Of a stretch of DNA of 21,605 nt, positions 15,538-21,605 are shown one piece after another. The stretch comes from a virus (Duplodnaviria > Heunggongvirae > Uroviricota > Caudoviricetes), in IMG/VR virus record IMGVR_UViG_2681813318_000014. One strand, written 5' to 3'. The notes under the pieces are model-generated. The model was not told where the DNA came from, made no database searches, and saw only the letters and a list, made by a program, of their open reading frames with translations. The stretch's first letter is position 1, and every line of letters begins with the position of its first letter. A program made the position numbers and the translations under genes.

Positions 15538-16227
15538 CTAACCAAATCTGTTTATGTTGAATGGTACTGATGAGATCACTTTAGACTGGATATAAAGCAG
15601 AGCTAACCCCTCTTTTTCGATGCTCCATGGTTGATAATTGGGGTTATCAGATAACACCATGATTTTGCTTCCAATTTTTTGAAGCCTTTTCACGTAGCAT
15701 TCTCCATCAAAACAAAATGCATAAATACCATCGCCATCAAAATAAGTTACTGTCTTATCAAGAAAAAGAAGGTCGCCAGGTGAGATTGTGGGAGCCATAC
15801 TGTCTCCTCTGGCGTTACCTATTTCTATATTTTTGAATGCCCGATTTCCAACAAGACGTCGGGCATATTCAGGATCAAGTTCTATTGAGCGCACTACATC
15901 TATCAAGTCACCACGGACATGAGTTCCATCACCGCAACTAAACTCAACATCAAGGACATTAAATACGACGCTATCTGTTCTTGTCTGGTGTTTCTCTTGC
16001 GAGGAAAAGGTTGGTGAGGAGTCTTCACCTAAGAACCAGGATTGTGGATAACCGCTAATCTCTGATAAATGCGCGAGCTTATCACTCCGTGGAAATGTTT
16101 TTCCTGTTGTCCAGTACTGCACTGATTGCGCACTCACACCTAACTTGCGGGCCAGTTGAGCCTGAGTCCATCCTTTTGCTTTCAGCATCGCGGCTATTCG
16201 ATTTTCCGTGTTTTTGACGTTCTTCAT
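15538..16227 (-). CDS. cI: prophage repressor, cI-like (HTH plus LexA-type S24 peptidase domain), 229 aa
   Basis: N-terminal HTH (WTQAQLARKLGVSAQSVQYW); C-terminal autocleavage domain with Ser in GDSMAPT and Lys in VKRL; divergent from a cro-like gene; start moved to ATG 16227 (track start is TTG). Confidence 0.85.
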   Translation of the reverse strand: MKNVKNTENRIAAMLKAKGWTQAQLARKLGVSAQSVQYWTTGKTFPRSDKLAHLSEISGYPQSWFLGEDSSPTFSSQEKHQTRTDSVVFNVLDVEFSCGDGTHVRGDLIDVVRSIELDPEYARRLVGNRAFKNIEIGNARGDSMAPTISPGDLLFLDKTVTYFDGDGIYAFCFDGECYVKRLQKIGSKIMVLSDNPNYQPWSIEKEGLALLYIQSKVISSVPFNINRFG

Positions 16228-16233
16228 GACCAA

Positions 16234-16360
16234 ATCCTGTGGGTTTCTTTACAAGGATAAATCTTTACTTGATTTTAGTGTATTCGATCCTTTTGTAACT
16301 TGCATGTTAATTTAAACTTGATGTATTCTTGATTTATAAAGTTAATATTGGTGCTTTGTT
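16234..16360. promoter_or_regulatory. immunity-region operator/promoter zone between cI and cro
   Basis: Three imperfect 17-bp sites ending in ACTTGAT/CTTGAT (16257-16273, 16306-16322, 16317-16333) related to the palindrome next to the PL-like promoter; TAATAT -10-like hexamer at 16343-16348. Confidence 0.45.
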
Positions 16361-16633
16361 ATGGAAGGAAATGATTACGACAAACTTCGTGCATTAATTG
16401 CGCAAAATGCCATAGCGCGAAATCTTGGTGTGACGCCGCAAGCGGTGAATCAGTGGTTTTCAAAAAACACAATTCCTGCTCGTTTCGTTTTACGCGTATG
16501 TGAAGTAGTTGCATGGAAGGTCACGCCACATGGCTTAAGGCCAGATCTTTATCCTCACCCTGAAGATGGAATTCCTGATTCGTTACGCAAAATTTCAAAT
16601 CCAAGCTTAGCGCACACAGAGGACGAGAAGTGA
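16361..16633 (+). CDS. cro: Cro-like repressor, YdaS-type HTH (90 aa)
   Basis: Divergent from cI; segment NLGVTPQAVNQWFSKNTIPARFVLRVCEVVAWKVTPHGLRPDLYP fits the YdaS/Cro-type HTH family as recalled. Confidence 0.7.
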   Translation: MEGNDYDKLRALIAQNAIARNLGVTPQAVNQWFSKNTIPARFVLRVCEVVAWKVTPHGLRPDLYPHPEDGIPDSLRKISNPSLAHTEDEK

Positions 16634-16673
16634 TGGTGGTGATATGAGCGAAAAAATAACTATTAAATACGAT

Positions 16674-16696
16674 GGGGCAACCATTTCGATTGCCCC
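16674..16696 (-). terminator. hairpin downstream of the antisense moron gene
   Basis: GGGGCAA-9 nt-TTGCCCC stem; on the minus strand a U-rich stretch follows but is not immediately adjacent; weak. Confidence 0.25.
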
Positions 16697-16703
16697 AATC
16701 ACA

Positions 16704-16997
16704 TTAGCGTTCGCTGAGAAGTTGTTGGTAAGCCTTAAAGGATGCGAACTGCATTCTACCTTCGGCATTGATTCCAATGCCTTCGCTTGTACACCAGGTG
16801 ATGAACTCGGCTGTATCCGCTTCAACTTTAATAACTCGTTGCCCGCTTCTTTCGACACGCTTAATCAATTTTTCAGCGTCGTGTTTCCACTCGGTGTAAC
16901 TGTCGGAGAGCACATCAGCATCAGTAAAAATATTTTTGAGCTCATGATACTGAATCGCATCGCGAAACCAGAATAAACCAACGGCCTGAACTTTCAT
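16704..16997 (-). CDS. hypothetical protein (97 aa) encoded antisense within the early-right operon (moron-like)
   Basis: ATG 16997 with AAGGAGG RBS 7 nt upstream; opposite strand to cro and the rha genes; no recognised motif. Confidence 0.5.
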   Translation of the reverse strand: MKVQAVGLFWFRDAIQYHELKNIFTDADVLSDSYTEWKHDAEKLIKRVERSGQRVIKVEADTAEFITWCTSEGIGINAEGRMQFASFKAYQQLLSER

Positions 16998-17116
16998 GTC
17001 GAACCTCCTTTGGTTCTTTTGTTTATAGGGATCAAAAGGATAACTGAAGGAAGGTTCGGCACCAATAAGTACGAATGTGCGGAATCTTAAAAGAATTTAT
17101 CCGTAAGGAGATGGCA

Positions 17117-17824
17117 GTGAACACCGCAATTTTTAACGACAAAGCATCCATGACCAGCGTTGAGATCGCAGAGCTGGTGGGTAAACGTCATGACAATGTG
17201 AAACGCACTATTGAAACATTAGCCAAAGGTGGCGTTGTCCGGTCTCCTCAAATTGAGGTTTCCGAAAGAATCAATAACTTAGGTTTTAAAGTTCAATATG
17301 AGCATTACCTGTTTGAAGGAGAACAAGGTAAGCGCGACAGCATCATTGTCGTCGCACAGCTCTGTCCTGAATTCACTGCTCGCCTGGTAGATCGCTGGCG
17401 CGAACTGGAAGAACAGATCCGTAAGCCAATGAGCGAAATCGAAATGGTTGCCGCGATGGCTCTTGAAGCCGTTCGCCAACAGAAACGGATCACTCAGGTG
17501 GAAGAAAAAGTCAGCCACGTTGCTGAAACAGTCGAGCAAATTAAAAAGGGCACTATTCGTGAGGGCTATGCCGGATATCGCCAACTGAAAGCAAAAACCG
17601 GTTTGTCAGATGATAAATGCCGCAATCTGGTGAACGCCTATCAGATTCCTACAGACACCCATGAGTTCATGACGCCGGACGGATTGTTGTCACGTCGCGC
17701 AATTGTTGCTGTGGAACCGTTTATGGCTGCTTTTTATCGGGTTATGGAGGAAGCAGAACCGCGAGGGACTCGCTGGTATCACCCGAAAATGGGGTTATTT
17801 CAGGTTATTGGTTGGCAGCGGTGA
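17117..17824 (+). CDS. phage regulatory protein, Rha family (about 235 aa)
   Basis: Motif SVEIAELVGKRHDNVKRTIETL matches the Rha-family N-terminal signature as recalled; the track ATG at 17075 has no RBS; ATG 17111 abuts AAGGAG with no spacer, so GTG 17117 (6-nt spacer) is favoured; the start is uncertain by a few codons. Confidence 0.65.
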   Translation: MNTAIFNDKASMTSVEIAELVGKRHDNVKRTIETLAKGGVVRSPQIEVSERINNLGFKVQYEHYLFEGEQGKRDSIIVVAQLCPEFTARLVDRWRELEEQIRKPMSEIEMVAAMALEAVRQQKRITQVEEKVSHVAETVEQIKKGTIREGYAGYRQLKAKTGLSDDKCRNLVNAYQIPTDTHEFMTPDGLLSRRAIVAVEPFMAAFYRVMEEAEPRGTRWYHPKMGLFQVIGWQR

Positions 17825-17847
17825 AAAAAAGCCGGGAGTAACCCGGC
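17824..17847 (-). terminator. strong intrinsic-terminator hairpin oriented for the minus strand
   Basis: GCCGGG-AGTAA-CCCGGC (17831-17847) with the run 17824-17830 giving U7 on the minus strand; begins at the Rha stop codon. Confidence 0.45.
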
Positions 17848-18232
17848 TCACTCAACATCAATAACGGGGAGCTGTTTCGCATAAAACGGCTCCGAAACAT
17901 CCAAGAACAGTTCTAAAGATATCAGCAGCTATATGATCATTTCAAGACCAAATATTGATTCTGCAATTTCGGGACGTTACACTGTCTCTGCACCTTATAA
18001 AGCGGGTGCCGGGGGTCGCAGCCCGGAATTGTCAACGGCGATATATGACGCGCCAGCGTCTTTTTTATCGTCCGCGCTCACGCACGCCAGAATTATGGTG
18101 GGCTGGGCAGGGGAGCCGAAAGGCTCGCCGGTCTCCGTTGACGCCGGTACTGCGAACCCTGTTCAGTCTGCCACCAGTGAGTTTCGCAGCTCCGGTGGTG
18201 GAAGTTTTCCACAGTCAACGGAGGCTGCCATC

Positions 18233-18784
18233 ATGGCTACGATCCCAACCCTCACTCAACCTGAAATTGCCATCGTTGATGGTCAGGCTGTTACTTCATC
18301 CCTGGCTGTTGCCAACTTCTTCTCCAAGCGTCATGACGATGTACTGAAAAAGATCCGCACGCTTGAATGCTCCGCATCATTCACTGCCCGCAATTTTTCG
18401 GTGAGTGATTACACCGATTGCACAGGCCGCAAACTACCTTGCTATCAAATCACCCGTGATGGCTTCGCGTTCCTTGCTATGGGCTTTACTGGCAAACGTG
18501 CAGCCCGGTTCAAAGAGGCATACATCAACGCCTTTAACCTGATGGAGAAGAGTTTATCAGGTGCCGATGCGTCTGATATGTCAGCTGTCGCACGAAACGC
18601 CAGAGGCGTATACCTGCATTTGCGTGAAATCCATCAAATCTGGACAAGCCAGCTTTATCCAATGCTTAAGGCCGTTGAATCTCCGCTGGCTAGCAAACTG
18701 TACGACCGTGTTGGTGATGCTGTTTTTGGCGCTGCACTTGTTGATTCCAGGCTGAATGGTTCTGACAAGGAGGTTCGCCCATGA
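18233..18784 (+). CDS. second Rha-family-like regulatory protein (183 aa)
   Basis: ATG 18233 with GGAGG 9 nt upstream; motif AVTSSLAVANFFSKRHDDVLKKIRTLE; the track's longer version (from 17933) adds a GC-rich low-complexity extension with no RBS. Confidence 0.65.
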   Translation: MATIPTLTQPEIAIVDGQAVTSSLAVANFFSKRHDDVLKKIRTLECSASFTARNFSVSDYTDCTGRKLPCYQITRDGFAFLAMGFTGKRAARFKEAYINAFNLMEKSLSGADASDMSAVARNARGVYLHLREIHQIWTSQLYPMLKAVESPLASKLYDRVGDAVFGAALVDSRLNGSDKEVRP

Positions 18785-18975
18785 TTAGTTACGAAATCAT
18801 CATCTCCACTACGGAATACAGAAACGATGTATCAGTTCGCACGGATGTATCTGTCTGGCACCGTCGCTATAAATCCAGAAAAACAGCGGAACTGAAAGCG
18901 GCAGAGATGTGTGAAACCATCTCAATGAAAGGTAGCCCGGTTAAATACGTAACTACGGTGGAGGTGCGTCCATGA
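18781..18975 (+). CDS. small hypothetical phage protein (64 aa)
   Basis: ATG in ATGA overlap with upstream stop; AAGGAGG RBS. Confidence 0.5.
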   Translation: MISYEIIISTTEYRNDVSVRTDVSVWHRRYKSRKTAELKAAEMCETISMKGSPVKYVTTVEVRP

Positions 18976-19196
18976 TCCGCCACATCGTTAATTCCCTGTA
19001 TCACCGATACAACCGTTGCCCCCGTGTGGGGCAGTGGTTCGCCACCAGCAACGGTCACGTTCTGCGGGTTTGCCTAGTCAACGCTGAAAGCCAGAAAGTC
19101 GTGTGCGAACTACAGGGGCGTAGCTACACCATCAGTTACCCTCTGGCGGTATTTCTGTCTGGAAAAATGTTTAAGCGTCTGGGAGGTGTGGCGTGA
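18972..19196 (+). CDS. small hypothetical phage protein (74 aa), Cys/His-containing
   Basis: ATG in ATGA overlap; GAGGTG RBS. Confidence 0.5.
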   Translation: MIRHIVNSLYHRYNRCPRVGQWFATSNGHVLRVCLVNAESQKVVCELQGRSYTISYPLAVFLSGKMFKRLGGVA

Positions 19197-19492
19197 ACTG
19201 TTTTCAGTTTGTGTGCGGATGTGCTTTCGATAACCCGATTCAGCGCCTAATTATGTTGCGTGTTTTGATGTCGGGTTCTTCAGACGGTGAAGGCGAGAGA
19301 GTTATTGATCATCAGGTGCTTGCTGATTTCTGCTGTTGTTCTAAGCAAGCGATATTCAGGGAAACCCTGGCACTGGAAAGAGCTGGTTATCTTCATATCC
19401 GAAAAATTGCAACGCTTACTATTGATGCAAAAGCCCGACTACAACCTGCGCGTGGCTACACAATTCTCATGCCGCGGAAGGAGGTTGTATGA
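19193..19492 (+). CDS. hypothetical protein, possible winged-helix DNA-binding (99 aa)
   Basis: GTG start in GTGA overlap with GGGAGGTG RBS. Confidence 0.45.
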   Translation: MNCFQFVCGCAFDNPIQRLIMLRVLMSGSSDGEGERVIDHQVLADFCCCSKQAIFRETLALERAGYLHIRKIATLTIDAKARLQPARGYTILMPRKEVV

Positions 19493-20514
19493 GCCGTTAC
19501 GCCCCCACACCGGAAGTTATGGCTATTGGTCAAATTAATATTTCCGGCAATGTTACACCTGCGAACTGGTGGAAATATATTCGACTACCCAGTGGGCGTC
19601 CGGATGCGACGGCTATCGCTCTGCTTTCAGAGATCGTTTACTGGTACCGCCCGACAGAGGTCAGGGATGAGCACACCGGAGCGTTGCTGGGATATCGCAA
19701 GCGTTTTCAGGGCGACAAACTGCAAAGAAGCTACCAGGCGTTTGCTGAGCAGTTTGGTTTCGGGAAAAGGGAAACCGCAGATGCGCTGAAGCGTCTGCGC
19801 GATGCAGGGTTTATTACTCTGGATTTACGCACGGTGGAAATGCTCGATGGGGTGAAATGCAGCAATATTTTGTTTGTCGGGATCAACCCACAGGCAATTG
19901 CGGCCATCACCACACCTTCTTCTGTTTCGCCAGAAAGTAACAGCAATAATGCAATCAGCGATACAGCTATTACGTTAAAACGGAACACCCCCCGACGTCA
20001 TAACGGAACAGGGGATACGCCGAATGTTGATACAAATACAGAGATTACTACAGAGATTACAACGGAGACTAAAAACACTATTGATGCATCCGCTGACGCG
20101 TCTGCGCGTTCTGCCCGACAGGAATATTCACCGGAATTTGAACAGGCCTGGCAGGAATATCCCAAACGTGCTGGTGGCAATTCCAAGTCAGCGGCCTTCA
20201 AAGCCTGGAAAGCCCGTATCAGGGAGGGAATAAAACCGGAGACCATGCTTGATGGCGTGAAGCGGTATGCCGCCTGGGTACGTGCTACAGGAAATACCGG
20301 CACACAGTTCGTGAAGCAGGCTGCGACGTTCTTTGGACCCGATCGTCACTTCGAAGATTACTGGCAACAGCCAGCCGCTCACGGAGGTGGGCGACAGCGA
20401 CAGGTCGATGTCCTGGCTGGCCTGGGAGCCATGTCTGACAAATTCGGTAAATCCAGTAACGAGGGAGCCACTTATATGTTGGGGAGGCAAAGCCTCCCGC
20501 AACATATCTTTTAG
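19489..20514 (+). CDS. phage replication-initiator/replisome-organiser-like protein (341 aa)
   Basis: ATG in ATGA overlap with AAGGAGG RBS; two domains joined by a Thr/Glu-rich linker that is encoded by tandem 12-bp repeats; overall resemblance to lambdoid O-type proteins is from memory. Confidence 0.55.
   Translation: MSRYAPTPEVMAIGQINISGNVTPANWWKYIRLPSGRPDATAIALLSEIVYWYRPTEVRDEHTGALLGYRKRFQGDKLQRSYQAFAEQFGFGKRETADALKRLRDAGFITLDLRTVEMLDGVKCSNILFVGINPQAIAAITTPSSVSPESNSNNAISDTAITLKRNTPRRHNGTGDTPNVDTNTEITTEITTETKNTIDASADASARSARQEYSPEFEQAWQEYPKRAGGNSKSAAFKAWKARIREGIKPETMLDGVKRYAAWVRATGNTGTQFVKQAATFFGPDRHFEDYWQQPAAHGGGRQRQVDVLAGLGAMSDKFGKSSNEGATYMLGRQSLPQHIF
20037..20072. repeat. three tandem 12-bp repeats inside the replication gene (possible origin iterons)
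   Basis: ACAGAGATTACT / ACAGAGATTACA / ACGGAGACTAAA, in frame (TEITTEITTETK). Confidence 0.3.
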
Positions 20515-20522
20515 TAATCAAA

Positions 20523-21605
20523 TTAGAACTGGTAAACCATACCTACAGCAACGATATCATCGGTAGCAACGCCAGATGCTTTCGTGAAATCGCTCTTATC
20601 AATCAGGTTGATTTTGTAATCAACAAAAGTGGACATATTTTTGTTGAAGTAATAGGTTGCACCTACATCAATATATTCAACCAGGTCCTGATCACCCCAC
20701 GCACCCAAGTCTTTTCCTTTAGATTGCAGGTAAGCAACGGACGGACGCAGACCGAAGTCGAACTGATATTGTGCAACTACTTCGAAGTTTTGTGCTTTGT
20801 TGGCAATATGGTTATTACCAAAAACAGTCATGTTCTGGGTTTCAGAATAGGTGGTAGCCAGATAGATGTTGTTCGCATCATATTTCAGACCAGCTGCCCA
20901 TACTTCAGCATTTTGACCAGATGCATTCAGGCTGTTGTTACCGTAGATAACCTGATTATTAGTGCGGTCAGATTTAGCATAGGTTGCACCTACACCGAAT
21001 CCTTCATACTCATAAGTAGTGGAGAAACCGAAACCATCACCATTAGCTTCAGTTACGTCAGTGCGGTCATTTTTACCCTGATACTGAGCAGCAAAGTTCA
21101 GACCATCAACCAGACCAAAGAAGTCGTTGTTACGATAAGTTGCAACACCAGTGGTGCGACCAGTCATGAACACATCTGTTTGGGTCCAGGTATCGCCACC
21201 GAATTCTGGCAGAACGTCAGTCCACGCACCGATGTCGTATGCTACACCGTAGTTACGGCCGTAATCGATTGAGCCGTAGTCACCGAATTTCAGGCCAGCG
21301 AAGGCAAGACGGGTTTTATCTTTGGAGGAACCTTGAGATTCAGCGCGGTTGCCTTTGAATTCATATTCCCACTGACCGAAACCAGTCAGTTGATCGTTGA
21401 TTTGGGTTTCACCTTTGAAGCCAAGACGGGCATAAGTAGTATCACCATCATCTGCATCATTAGAGGAGAAATAGTGCTTAGCATTAACTTTCCCGTACAG
21501 ATCCAGCTTGTTACTGTCTTTATTATAAATTTCAGCTGCCTGAGCAGACATCGCCATCAGTACTGATGCAGCTACAGCAGAAATTGCCACTGTTAATTTT
21601 TTCAT
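20523..21605 (-). CDS. nmpC: outer-membrane general porin, OmpC/OmpF/PhoE family (NmpC/Lc-like, prophage-associated), 360 aa
   Basis: Signal peptide [23 protein letters not shown] followed by AEIYNKD; porin-type YG/aromatic-rich beta-barrel composition; C-terminal ...VGMVYQF ending in Phe; the symbol is assigned from the prophage context and is not verified. Confidence 0.85.
   Translation of the reverse strand: MKKLTVAISAVAASVLMAMSAQAAEIYNKDSNKLDLYGKVNAKHYFSSNDADDGDTTYARLGFKGETQINDQLTGFGQWEYEFKGNRAESQGSSKDKTRLAFAGLKFGDYGSIDYGRNYGVAYDIGAWTDVLPEFGGDTWTQTDVFMTGRTTGVATYRNNDFFGLVDGLNFAAQYQGKNDRTDVTEANGDGFGFSTTYEYEGFGVGATYAKSDRTNNQVIYGNNSLNASGQNAEVWAAGLKYDANNIYLATTYSETQNMTVFGNNHIANKAQNFEVVAQYQFDFGLRPSVAYLQSKGKDLGAWGDQDLVEYIDVGATYYFNKNMSTFVDYKINLIDKSDFTKASGVATDDIVAVGMVYQF

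Noticed and set aside
8235-16360. Lambda-type N antiterminator, recombination genes (exo/bet/gam) and DicF-like small RNA
   Set aside because: No Arg-rich N-like small protein after the PL-like promoter and no proteins of matching size or motif; no match by eye to the DicF sequence as recalled; absence from memory-based inspection is not proof
16644-16976. Plus-strand 110-aa ORF overlapping the antisense moron gene
   Set aside because: Weak RBS; it contains the hairpin that fits as the terminator of the minus-strand gene, and the minus-strand ORF has a near-perfect RBS; cannot be fully excluded without comparative data
17933-18347. Long N-terminal extension of the second Rha gene and the overlapping ORF 17955..18347
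   Set aside because: GC-rich low-complexity translations (Ala/Gly/Ser/Pro/Arg), no RBS, while the internal ATG at 18233 has a canonical GGAGG; region treated as non-coding
20024-21566. ORFs overlapping the 3' end of the replication gene and antisense to the porin gene (for example 20188..20505, 20285..20521, 20724..21272, 21333..21566)
   Set aside because: Contained within or antisense to strongly supported genes; no independent signals
1-21605. CRISPR arrays, tRNA/tmRNA genes, rRNA, insertion-sequence transposases
   Set aside because: No regularly spaced direct repeats with unique spacers; no tRNA-like cloverleaf signature next to either integrase (the integration target appears to be a protein-coding gene); no transposase-like ORF or terminal inverted repeats found

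Overview
This window looks like a composite mobile-element junction from an Escherichia/Shigella-type chromosome; it holds no rRNA, tRNA, CRISPR array or transposase. Everything below is read by eye from the sequence and ORF track, with no database search. Four blocks: (1) 1-7800, AT-rich, plus-strand genes ending in a minus-strand large serine recombinase. It contains a tandem ribbon-helix-helix regulator, an HTH protein, a consensus sigma70 promoter followed by a ~430-nt structured untranslated leader, a 722-aa tape-measure-domain protein and a 262-aa beta-rich protein; the last two genes are each preceded by a copy of the same ~65-bp element. (2) 7833-8234, a GC-richer fragment of a DUF72-type chromosomal gene (consistent with yecE), apparently truncated at both ends and flanked by the two recombinase genes. 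(3) 8261-20514, the left arm, immunity region and early-right region of a lambdoid prophage: tyrosine integrase, excisionase, a long translationally coupled early-left operon (Ea22-like proteins, an MmcB-like nuclease, many small unknowns), a two-gene accessory module next to cI, a LexA-like cI repressor, a YdaS-type Cro, an antisense moron gene, two Rha-type regulators, small coupled ORFs and a replication-initiator-like gene. (4) 20523-21605, a complete OmpC-family porin gene (NmpC/Lc-like) that abuts the replication gene stop-to-stop, suggesting a deletion junction. The ORF track uses TTG/GTG as well as ATG starts, so several starts were moved to the first codon with a plausible ribosome-binding site. 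Most small genes cannot be assigned a function from sequence alone. The best candidates for an undescribed system are the orphan tape-measure module with its repeated upstream element, the cI-adjacent accessory module, and the structured non-coding regions; none is confirmed.
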